Assembly (NCBI GenBank): GCA_018825765.1
Contig: JAHKAQ010000083.1
Coordinates: forward strand, 1 to 27,246
DNA from: Patescibacteria group bacterium
GTDB lineage: Bacteria > Patescibacteriota > Minisyncoccia > CAIUEV01 > JAHKAQ01
DNA length: 27,246 nt
Direction of reading: 5' to 3'
The notes below the pieces were generated by a model. It was not told where the DNA came from. It worked only from the letters and a program-made list of their open reading frames with translations, and did no database searches. Position numbers and translations under genes: made by a program. Below are positions 18,483 to 26,672 of this stretch, piece after piece; position 1 is the stretch's first letter; each line of letters starts with the position of its first letter.

Positions 18483-18491
18483 ATTCTAGCA
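18483..18491 (-). promoter_or_regulatory. Extended -10 promoter for uvrB-rel
   Basis: Minus strand TG-C-TAGAAT (18491-18483), 28 nt upstream of the uvrB ATG. Confidence 0.55.
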
Positions 18492-18529
18492 CTATTAAAA
18501 CGTTTTTTAAAACCATCCATCCAATAGAT

Positions 18530-18558
18530 TTGCCCGATCCAGGAATCTTCTTTAATAT
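18530..18558 (+). promoter_or_regulatory. Candidate sigma70 promoter for the isoprenoid operon
   Basis: TTGCCC (18530-18535), 17 bp, TAATAT (18553-18558), divergent from uvrB. Confidence 0.5.
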
Positions 18559-18583
18559 AAAATCATAAGCTTAACTATTTCTT

Positions 18584-19651
18584 ATGCCGGCTAAATCCAC
18601 CATGCAAAACCTTAAAAAACGCATTGACCAGCGGCTAAAGCTGTATTTCCAAAAAGAAATACAAAAAGCGGCCGAATTAGACCAAACATTCAGGGAGGCT
18701 ACCAAAATGGTGGCTGAATTTACTCTTAGCGGGGGCAAGCGGGTGCGAGCCGCCCTTATGTATTATGGCTATCTGGCCGGCGGCGGACGAAAAACAAACG
18801 CTATTCTTAACGCCTCTTTGTCAATGGAGCTGGTCCATAGCTTTTTAATTATCCACGATGATATCATCGACAACGACGAAGTAAGAAGAGGCAATCCCAC
18901 CCTTCACCGCCGATACCAAAAATTATTCCAACACTTAAAACTGCAAGAATCAGAAAATCTAGGCCGTTCCCTGGCCATGCTTTGCGGCGATACTGCCTAT
19001 ACCATGGCCAATCAAATCCTCTGTCAAAGCGACTTTGACGATAAACTAAAAATAAAAGCCATTGAATATTTCCAAAAAACCCTGGACCATACTTACGCCG
19101 GAGAAATTATGGAAATCATCAACCAGGCCTCGAAAAAAAACATCGACAGTAAAAAGGCTATTAAAATTTATAAATACAAAACAGCGAAATACACTATTGA
19201 AGGTCCGCTCACAATCGGCAGCATCCTGGCCGGCGCCAATCAAACGATTATTAACGCCCTTAAAGAATATTCGATATTACTTGGAGTCGCTTTTCAAATA
19301 AACGACGATCTTTTAGGAATCTACGGCAATCCCAATCAAATCGGCAAAGATATTGGCTCTGATCTAAGAGAAGGCAAGAAAACTTTATTACTAATAAAAA
19401 CACTTGAAAAAGCCAGTAATCCGGAAAAAAAACTAATAAAATCAATCCTGGGTAATAAAAAAATAACCGCGCGCAACATCAAGCGCTTTGGACAAATCGC
19501 CCAAAAAACCGGCGCTCTTTCTTACTGCGAAAGCCTGGCTAACAACTTATCAGTAAGAGCCAAGGAAATTATTCTTAATTCCGAAATATCCGGCCTGGCG
19601 CGCGACTTTTTCCTGGAAAGCGCCAACTACATTATTGAAAGTAAGCGATGA
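18584..19651 (+). CDS. Trans-polyprenyl diphosphate synthase (type I GGPP-synthase-like)
   Basis: GGKRVR, FARM HSFLIIHDDIIDNDEVRRG, YKTAKYT, SARM FQINDDLLG, GSDLREGKKT. Confidence 0.92.
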   Translation: MPAKSTMQNLKKRIDQRLKLYFQKEIQKAAELDQTFREATKMVAEFTLSGGKRVRAALMYYGYLAGGGRKTNAILNASLSMELVHSFLIIHDDIIDNDEVRRGNPTLHRRYQKLFQHLKLQESENLGRSLAMLCGDTAYTMANQILCQSDFDDKLKIKAIEYFQKTLDHTYAGEIMEIINQASKKNIDSKKAIKIYKYKTAKYTIEGPLTIGSILAGANQTIINALKEYSILLGVAFQINDDLLGIYGNPNQIGKDIGSDLREGKKTLLLIKTLEKASNPEKKLIKSILGNKKITARNIKRFGQIAQKTGALSYCESLANNLSVRAKEIILNSEISGLARDFFLESANYIIESKR

Positions 19652-20505
19652 AAATAATCCTCAGCCGACCCGCCGGCTTCTGCGCCGGCGTCCAAAGAGC
19701 CTATGATCTCATAAAAAACAATTACGCCCGAACCCAAAAACCCGTATACATCTTAGGCCGGCTGGTTCACAATACTCACATCATTCGCCGGCTCAAAAAA
19801 TGGGGGATAAAGACCATATCTAATCCTTATGGAATAAAAAAAGGCACTGTCATTATTCCAAGCCACGGATTTGACCCTAAAATTACCGCCCTTTTAAAAT
19901 CCAAAAAGATAAAGATCATCAACACGACCTGTCCCAAAGTTTCACAAGTCATGGCTAAGGCCCGTCTCTTAAAAAAACAATCAAAAACTATTCTCATTTT
20001 TGGGGATAAAAGCCACCCTGAAGTAAAAGCCATTAACCAGGCCGTCAACAATCAGGGTCTTGTCTTCTCAAATATAAAAGAATTACAAACTTTTCTAAAT
20101 ACAAAAATCGCCAAAAATCAGCGATTAAGCCTAATTTCCCAAACAACCCAGAACATTGATCACTTGAAAAGAATAAAAGAAATTCTTAGCGCTAAGACTC
20201 CCGGGGTTCAAGTTTTTAACACAATTTGTCCAGCCACCCACATTCGCCAGAATCAAGCCAAAAAATTAGCTAAAAAAGCTGACGTCATGCTTGTTATAGG
20301 CTCCCCAATCAGCGCCAATTCAAACCGGCTCTTCCAAATATGTAAAAAAAACAATTCCCGCGCCTTTTTTGTTGACAAAGCCGCCCAAATTAAGAAACAA
20401 TGGTTTAACGCTAAAGACGTTGTGGGAATAAGCACTGGCGCCTCCACGCCCCAAAATATAATAAAACAAATTATTAAAAAATTAAAAACATGCAAAAGCT
20501 CCTAA
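19648..20505 (+). CDS. ispH: 4-hydroxy-3-methylbut-2-enyl diphosphate reductase
   Basis: Three Fe-S cysteines (GFCAGV, TTCPKV, TICPAT) plus VHN, PSHG, HPEV, SQTT, SANSNRL and GASTP. Confidence 0.96.
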   Translation: MKIILSRPAGFCAGVQRAYDLIKNNYARTQKPVYILGRLVHNTHIIRRLKKWGIKTISNPYGIKKGTVIIPSHGFDPKITALLKSKKIKIINTTCPKVSQVMAKARLLKKQSKTILIFGDKSHPEVKAINQAVNNQGLVFSNIKELQTFLNTKIAKNQRLSLISQTTQNIDHLKRIKEILSAKTPGVQVFNTICPATHIRQNQAKKLAKKADVMLVIGSPISANSNRLFQICKKNNSRAFFVDKAAQIKKQWFNAKDVVGISTGASTPQNIIKQIIKKLKTCKSS

Positions 20506-21068
20506 ACTCTATTATTTTAAAAAATCAAAAATACGAAAAGCATAGAGAATCAGCCTTTATCCTGGCGCGATCCATTCAAAAGAACTCAAAAATGACTATC
20601 AGCCGCCTGCATTACGAAGATAACCAGCAAGCCGAAAAACTGCTCAAAGAAAACAAAAAAATGCTTAATCAACTTCTGGCCCTGCTCCCCAAAACCCCCA
20701 AGTTAAAATTTGAAGGTTTTATGCGCGAAGCCTTTGAAGAATTAACCGAGGCTTTATTATTTTTTAATTTTCAAACAAAAAATTCAGTCTCACTAGATCC
20801 CACTGATCTCAAGCAATTATCCCATGACTCTGATATTCTTATCGGCGGACTTTGCGATTTTACCGGAGAATTAACCAGAAAGGCAATCAGGCGCGCAAAA
20901 AAAAATAACAACCAGGAAATTAAAAAATATTCCCTTACTATCAACCAGATCGTAGAGCAATTACTAAAATTAAATCTTTCCGGCTATCTTCGCACCAAAT
21001 TCGACCAGGCCAAGAGAAACGCTCAAAAACTGGAACTTATCCTTTATGAGCAGAGAATAAGAAGTTAA
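20490..21068 (+). CDS. Translin/TRAX-family protein (C3PO-like), putative endoribonuclease
   Basis: RE..F.LARSI.KNSK..I..LH, AFEELTEA, GGLCDFTGELTR and LRTKFD...QKLE.ILYE match the helical pattern of the translin family. Confidence 0.85.
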   Translation: MQKLLNSIILKNQKYEKHRESAFILARSIQKNSKMTISRLHYEDNQQAEKLLKENKKMLNQLLALLPKTPKLKFEGFMREAFEELTEALLFFNFQTKNSVSLDPTDLKQLSHDSDILIGGLCDFTGELTRKAIRRAKKNNNQEIKKYSLTINQIVEQLLKLNLSGYLRTKFDQAKRNAQKLELILYEQRIRS

Positions 21069-21073
21069 TCCTT

Positions 21074-21784
21074 ATGAATATCGCTATTATTTGCGCGGCC
21101 GGAAGCGGCAAACGCCTAAAACGAAAAATTCCCAAAGCTTTGATTTCGCTTAATAAAAGGCCGATTTTTATTCATTGCCTTAAATCTTTTTTAAAACCCC
21201 AAAGTAGTATTGATCGAATTTTAATCATGGCGCCCAAATCTCACCTTAAAAAATTCTTCCAGCTGGTAAAAAAACAATTAACTAAAAAACAACAAGGAAA
21301 AATCATAGATATAATCCCCGGCGGCCAAGAACGGCAATTTTCAGTCAAAACCGGCCTGGAATACCTGAATAAAATAAAAACCAATCCTAATTCTCCGGTT
21401 CTGGTTCATAACGCGGCCAATATTTTCGTAAGCCCCGGAGACATTTTAGCCTGTCTTAAAGTTATAAAAAGAAACCAGGCCGCGGCCGTGGCTAAGCCCT
21501 GTCCTGACACTTTAAGGATAATCAACAAAAAATTAGAACCAATTAAAAAATTAAACCGCGAAATCATCTGGTGCATGCAAACTCCCCAGGGCGCCGCCTT
21601 TAAAATTTTAAAAAAGGCCCATAAAAAAGCAAAAAAAGAAAATTACCTGGGAACTGACGAATTAGAGCTCATTCAACGCATAAAATATCCGGCTAAAATC
21701 ATTCCTTCAAGCGGACCTAACTTTAAGATTACCTATCCCCAGGACCTTATCATCGCTCAAGCTCTGTTAAAATCTCACGCTTAA
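21074..21784 (+). CDS. ispD: 2-C-methyl-D-erythritol 4-phosphate cytidylyltransferase
   Basis: AAGSGKR...PK, GGQERQFSV, VLVHNAA, QTPQG, TDE, NFKITYPQDL; MEP operon context. Confidence 0.9.
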   Translation: MNIAIICAAGSGKRLKRKIPKALISLNKRPIFIHCLKSFLKPQSSIDRILIMAPKSHLKKFFQLVKKQLTKKQQGKIIDIIPGGQERQFSVKTGLEYLNKIKTNPNSPVLVHNAANIFVSPGDILACLKVIKRNQAAAVAKPCPDTLRIINKKLEPIKKLNREIIWCMQTPQGAAFKILKKAHKKAKKENYLGTDELELIQRIKYPAKIIPSSGPNFKITYPQDLIIAQALLKSHA

Positions 21785-21792
21785 AAACTGTC

Positions 21793-23613
21793 ATGCTCCA
21801 AAGAATAAAAACCCCAAAAGATTTAAAAAAAATCCCTGATTCCAAATTACCTGAACTTTGCCAGGAAATTCGTCGTTTTATTTTGAAAAATATTTCAAAA
21901 ACCGGCGGCCATCTAGCCTCAAATTTAGGCGTGGTAGAACTTACCATCGCTCTGCACAAACACCTGGACTGCCCTAAAGACCAGATTATCTGGGACGTGG
22001 GCCATCAAAGCTATGTGCACAAAATCCTTACCGGCCGTCAAAAAAAATTCCGCCAATTAAGACAACTTGGCGGTATTAGCGGATTTCCCAAAAGAGAGGA
22101 AAGTCCTTATGATGTTTTTGGCACTGGCCACGCCAGCACTTCAATTTCCGCGGCCATGGGCCTGGCTGAAGCCCGTAAAAAAAACAAACAAAAAACCCCG
22201 CGGATTGTAGCCGTGATAGGGGATGGAGCTTTTACCGGCGGCATCGCCCTGGAGGCCATAAACCAGATTGGCTATCTGCAAACTCCGGTAACCATAGTTT
22301 TAAACGACAATCGAATGTCTATCGCTCCCAATGTCGGAGCCCTGTCCCGCTACACTAAAAGAATCGAAGAAACCCAAGTCTACAAAAGAGCCAAGAAAGC
22401 TATTTACCTATTATCAAGAGATAAAACCTCAAAAACAAAAAAAAACCTGATAAACCTTCAAACCCTTAAGCGAGCCTTTAAAGAAGTGGGCACTCCCGGA
22501 CTTTTATTTGAAAAATTAGGCATAAATTATTTAGGACCGGTGGATGGGCACAATATTTCCCGAATCATTGAAGCTCTTAAAAGAGCGCGAAAGATTAACG
22601 GCCCGGTTCTGATTCATGTCCGCACTAAAAAAGGCATGGGCTATAAATTCGCCGAAAATCAAGCCGATAAATATCACGGGGTCCTGCCTTTTTCCTTAAA
22701 AACCGGCGCCTGCCTCTATTCTTCAGACCCGATTTCCTTTTCTCAAAGCTTTGGCCAAAAACTTCTCCAGTTAGGCCGAAAAAACAAAAAAATCATCGCC
22801 ATCACCTGCGCCATGCCTGACGGCACAGGCTTAAATCACTTTGCCAATGAACTGCCTGAACAATTTTATGACACGGGCATAACCGAACAGCACGCCGTAA
22901 CCTTCGCCGCCGGCCTGGCCGCGGCCGGAAAAAAACCCGTGGTAGCCATTTATTCCAGCTTCCTTCAACGCTCTTGCGATCAAATAATCCATGACGTCTG
23001 CCTGCAAAATTTACCAGTTATTTTCGCTATTGACCGCGCCGGCCTGGCCGGCGAAGATGGCCCCACCCATCATGGAGTATTTGACATAAGCCTGCTCCGC
23101 CCCATTCCCAATCTGATAATTATGGCGCCTAAAGACAATCCAGAACTTAAAGCCATGCTGGAACTGGCCCTGAAACTTAATCGACCGGTCGCTATCCGCT
23201 ATCCTCGCGGCTCCGGACAATCCTTAAAATTGCCAGTCTGGTGCGTTCCTCAAAAAACAGCCTTAAAAAAAGGAAAATCCCAAATAATAAACACCGGGAA
23301 AGACACAGTCATTATTTCAGTTGGCAATCAGCTCTGCCGGGCCATAACACTGGGCCGGCGCCGCAAAGTAAAACCCTCAATCATCAACGCCCGCTTCATA
23401 AAGCCCATTGATCCCGAAATCATCGCTTTCATTAAAAAAACCGGCCAGGCCACAATAATCGAGGAAAACGCGATCACCGGCGGTTTCGGCAGTGCTGTCC
23501 TGGAACAATTAGCTAAAAAAAATATCAACGCCCGGGTTAAACTCATGGGTATCGGCGACCAGTTCGTGGAACAAGGAACAGTCAATGAATTACAAAAAAA
23601 ATATCTCAAATGA
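21793..23613 (+). CDS. dxs: 1-deoxy-D-xylulose-5-phosphate synthase
   Basis: GGHLASNLGVVEL, DVGHQSYVHK, GHASTSIS, TPP motif GDGAFTGG...LNDN, GPVDGHN, DRAGLAGEDGPTHHG, IRYPRG. Confidence 0.97.
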   Translation: MLQRIKTPKDLKKIPDSKLPELCQEIRRFILKNISKTGGHLASNLGVVELTIALHKHLDCPKDQIIWDVGHQSYVHKILTGRQKKFRQLRQLGGISGFPKREESPYDVFGTGHASTSISAAMGLAEARKKNKQKTPRIVAVIGDGAFTGGIALEAINQIGYLQTPVTIVLNDNRMSIAPNVGALSRYTKRIEETQVYKRAKKAIYLLSRDKTSKTKKNLINLQTLKRAFKEVGTPGLLFEKLGINYLGPVDGHNISRIIEALKRARKINGPVLIHVRTKKGMGYKFAENQADKYHGVLPFSLKTGACLYSSDPISFSQSFGQKLLQLGRKNKKIIAITCAMPDGTGLNHFANELPEQFYDTGITEQHAVTFAAGLAAAGKKPVVAIYSSFLQRSCDQIIHDVCLQNLPVIFAIDRAGLAGEDGPTHHGVFDISLLRPIPNLIIMAPKDNPELKAMLELALKLNRPVAIRYPRGSGQSLKLPVWCVPQKTALKKGKSQIINTGKDTVIISVGNQLCRAITLGRRRKVKPSIINARFIKPIDPEIIAFIKKTGQATIIEENAITGGFGSAVLEQLAKKNINARVKLMGIGDQFVEQGTVNELQKKYLK

Positions 23614-24338
23614 AAATAACCCCTATAAAAACCAGAATCATCAATCCTCCCCGGGATAATATATATAAAATAATTGATCAATTCTGCCCCAAGCTTGTAA
23701 AAGGAGATGTTTTGGTTATTACCTCTAAAATAATTTCCATTCATCAGGGCCGCTGTTTGCCTGTTGATTCAGTAAAAAGCAAAGACAAGCTAATAAAAAG
23801 ACAGGCCGATCTGTTCATCTCCAGAAAAAAATCTCCAGGCCAACACGTAATTCTTACCCTCAAAAACAACACCTTAATTCCTTCAGCCGGCATCGACCAA
23901 AGCAACGCCCGCGGCCACTATATTCTCTGGCCTGAAAAACCCTACCAACAGGCCAAAAAAATCTGCCAGTATCTAAGAAAAAAATTTCACACCCCAAAGA
24001 TAGCCGTAATCATCACAGACAGCCACAGCACTCCTCTCCGTTACGGCGTGCTGGGAATATCCATCGGCTTTTTTGGCCTTTACCCCTTAAAAGACTATCG
24101 CGGGGAAAAAGACATCTTTAAAAAACCCCTGAAGTCCTCGCAAGCGAACATTATTGACGCCTTAGCCGCGGCCGCTACTCTGGTAATAGGCGAAAGCGAC
24201 CAGAAAACTCCCATGGCCCTGATTCAGGGAGCAAAATTTTTACGATTCACCAACAAAACAAACAAAAATGACCTGCTGGTTCCTCCCAAAAAAGACATTT
24301 TCTACCCCCTGCTTAAAACATTTTTTAAAAAACCCTAA
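23610..24338 (+). CDS. CofE-family gamma-glutamyl ligase (F420-0 ligase-like / chlamydial FolC2-type folylpolyglutamate synthase)
   Basis: ITSKIISIHQG, PSAGIDQSN, ITDSHSTPLRYG, DYRGEKDIF, NIIDALAAAATLVIGESDQKTP. Confidence 0.85.
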   Translation: MKITPIKTRIINPPRDNIYKIIDQFCPKLVKGDVLVITSKIISIHQGRCLPVDSVKSKDKLIKRQADLFISRKKSPGQHVILTLKNNTLIPSAGIDQSNARGHYILWPEKPYQQAKKICQYLRKKFHTPKIAVIITDSHSTPLRYGVLGISIGFFGLYPLKDYRGEKDIFKKPLKSSQANIIDALAAAATLVIGESDQKTPMALIQGAKFLRFTNKTNKNDLLVPPKKDIFYPLLKTFFKKP

Positions 24339-24342
24339 AATT

Positions 24343-24960
24343 ATGCCGCTTAATTTCTTATTATTTTCCGGCCAAAAAAAAAGACGCCCTGATAGACCGG
24401 AAAAACAAAAAAAAATAATCCTGATAAAAAATAAAAAAATTCCCTACACTTTAAAGCGCAGTTATCGGGCTCGCCATTTAAGTATCTCCATAAACAGCGC
24501 TGGAAAAATAAGCGCCACCTTGCCAAACTCTATCAGCCTCAGTAAACTTGAAGGCTTTATGCAAAGCCGGTCGAATTGGATTCAAAGAACCGTGTCCCGC
24601 GTCACCCGGACCCCTCCAAGCCTGCTGGAGCAGGGAACTCGCGATCAATTTCTAAAATCCAAATCCGTCGCCCGCCGCCTGGTTCTGGCAAAAATCCGCC
24701 ACTTTAATAAATATTATCAATTCCAGATAAACCGCGTCTTTATCCGCGATCAAAAAAGCCGTTGGGGCAGTTGTTCAGCCAAAAAAAATCTTAATTTTAA
24801 CTGGCGCGTTGTCTTTCTTGGCCAAAAACACCTTGATTATCTCATAGTCCATGAACTCTGCCATTTAGAACAACTGAATCATTCCCCAAAATTCTGGCAG
24901 TTAGTCGCCAAAACAATCCCTCAATTCAAACAAACAAGAAAAGAGATGCGTCAACTTTAA
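24343..24960 (+). CDS. YgjP/DUF45 (M48-like, zincin-motif) metal-dependent hydrolase
   Basis: RDQKSRWGSCS, LNFNWR, YLIVHELCHL (HExxH), NHSPKFW. ATG 24343 is preferred over the overlapping track start 24268. Confidence 0.88.
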   Translation: MPLNFLLFSGQKKRRPDRPEKQKKIILIKNKKIPYTLKRSYRARHLSISINSAGKISATLPNSISLSKLEGFMQSRSNWIQRTVSRVTRTPPSLLEQGTRDQFLKSKSVARRLVLAKIRHFNKYYQFQINRVFIRDQKSRWGSCSAKKNLNFNWRVVFLGQKHLDYLIVHELCHLEQLNHSPKFWQLVAKTIPQFKQTRKEMRQL

Positions 24961-24975
24961 TAATTTTTCACTAAT

Positions 24976-26169
24976 ATGAAAAAAATAGCCATTCTTGGCT
25001 CCACCGGATCAGTCGGCACCCAAGCGCTTCAAATAATAAAACAACATCCCAGTAAATTTAAGATTATCGGGCTTACGGCCAACACCAACACGCAAGCCAT
25101 GTTGGCTCAAATAAAAACTTTCCATCCCCAGGCCGTGGCCATGATGAATAAAGTTTCGGCCCGGGAATTAACCCGAAAAATAAAAACCCTGGACCGCCGA
25201 TACTCCAGAATAAAAATCTACACCGGCCTTCCCGGCCTTGTAAAAATCGCTACTCTCAACACAGCAGACATTATCCTGACTTCAGTTGTAGGCTCAATCG
25301 GCATTGTTCCTACCTTTGAAGCCATAAAAAAATCAAAAACCATCGCTCTCGCCAATAAAGAAACCCTGGTGGCCGCCGGTCAAATAATCATGCCGGCCGC
25401 GAAAAAATATAACGCAAAAATTATCCCGGTTGACTCGGAACATTCGGCTATTTTCCAGTGCCTTGTGGGAGAAAATCCCCAAAATATCAAAAACCTTATT
25501 CTAACCTGCAGTGGCGGGCCGTTTCGAAAAACACCGCCCAGCCGGCTAAAAAAAGTCACCCTAAAGCAGGCACTCAATCACCCCAGCTGGAAAATGGGCG
25601 GAAAAATTACCATTGACTCCGCGACTCTCATGAATAAAGGCCTGGAAGTGATTGAAGCCCACTGGCTTTTTGGCCTGCCGTATGAGAATATAAAAGTAGT
25701 GGTTCATCCTCAAAGCCTTGTCCATTCTATGGTTGAATTCAGGGATGGCTCCTTAAAGGCCCAAATCAGCCAGCCTTCCATGAGTATCCCTATTCAGCTC
25801 GCTTTTTCTTTTCCCCAAAGGCTTAAAAACAAAAAAATCCCGCGCCTGGACCTCTCAAGAAAAACCAGCGTCAATCAATTAAATCAGATGACTTTTGAAA
25901 AACCCGACTTTAAAAAATTCCCCTGCCTGAATCTGGCCTATAAAGCCGGCCGCCTGGGCGGAACTCTGCCGGCCGCCCTGAACGCGGCCAATGAAACAGC
26001 CGTTCAATACTTTTTACAGGGAAAAATAAAATATCTTGATATCGCGAACGTGATAAAAAAAATTATCAAAAAAAATAAACAAGTTAAAAACCCGAACTTA
26101 TCATGTATCCTGGAAACAGACAAAAAGGTAAAAGAGCAAACCAGGCAATTGCTTGATTCTCTCTGCTAA
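24976..26169 (+). CDS. dxr: 1-deoxy-D-xylulose-5-phosphate reductoisomerase (IspC)
   Basis: ILGSTGSVG, LANKETLV, PVDSEHSAIFQ, SGGPFR, HPSWKMGGKITIDSATLMNKGLEVIEA, NAANE. Confidence 0.98.
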   Translation: MKKIAILGSTGSVGTQALQIIKQHPSKFKIIGLTANTNTQAMLAQIKTFHPQAVAMMNKVSARELTRKIKTLDRRYSRIKIYTGLPGLVKIATLNTADIILTSVVGSIGIVPTFEAIKKSKTIALANKETLVAAGQIIMPAAKKYNAKIIPVDSEHSAIFQCLVGENPQNIKNLILTCSGGPFRKTPPSRLKKVTLKQALNHPSWKMGGKITIDSATLMNKGLEVIEAHWLFGLPYENIKVVVHPQSLVHSMVEFRDGSLKAQISQPSMSIPIQLAFSFPQRLKNKKIPRLDLSRKTSVNQLNQMTFEKPDFKKFPCLNLAYKAGRLGGTLPAALNAANETAVQYFLQGKIKYLDIANVIKKIIKKNKQVKNPNLSCILETDKKVKEQTRQLLDSLC

Positions 26170-26185
26170 TCATTTTTATTTTCTA

Positions 26186-26668
26186 ATGTTTAAAATCGGC
26201 CTTGGCCAAGATTCCCACGCCTTCACTGCTCAACCCAAACCGCTGGTATTGGGCGGGGTTATTATCAAAAACGCGCCCGGACTTAAAGGAAACAGCGACT
26301 GTGATGTAATTCTTCACGCCATTTGCAACGCCTTTGATATCGCGGCTCAAAAAGGATCAATCGCCGTCTATTCCGACCCTATGTGCCTAAAAAAAGGAAC
26401 AAACAACAGCGCCCAATACTTAAAACACGTCCAAAAAGCCGCGGCCAAAAAAAAATATAAAGCCATAAGCGCGAGCATCTCTATCGAAGCTAGGAAACCA
26501 AAACTCGAACCGGATTCAAAAGCCATTAAAGCCCGGCTGGCCCGGCTGCTTCAAATCCCCAAAGAAAACATAGGCTTAACCTTCACTTCAGGTGAAGGTC
26601 TTACCAGTTTTGGCCAAGGGCAGGGGATAATGGCCACGGCCCTTGTTGTTTTTTCTAAAATCACCTGA
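26186..26668 (+). CDS. ispF: 2-C-methyl-D-erythritol 2,4-cyclodiphosphate synthase
   Basis: IGLGQDSH, LVLGGV, GNSDCDVILHAICNA, TSGEGLTSFGQGQGI. ATG 26186 (MFKIG) is preferred over the track start 26153. Confidence 0.93.
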   Translation: MFKIGLGQDSHAFTAQPKPLVLGGVIIKNAPGLKGNSDCDVILHAICNAFDIAAQKGSIAVYSDPMCLKKGTNNSAQYLKHVQKAAAKKKYKAISASISIEARKPKLEPDSKAIKARLARLLQIPKENIGLTFTSGEGLTSFGQGQGIMATALVVFSKIT

Positions 26669-26672
26669 CTCT

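Noticed and set aside
18455-18520. 22-codon N-terminal extension of UvrB in the track
   Set aside because: Overlaps the predicted promoter; the SD and family N-terminus support ATG 18454.
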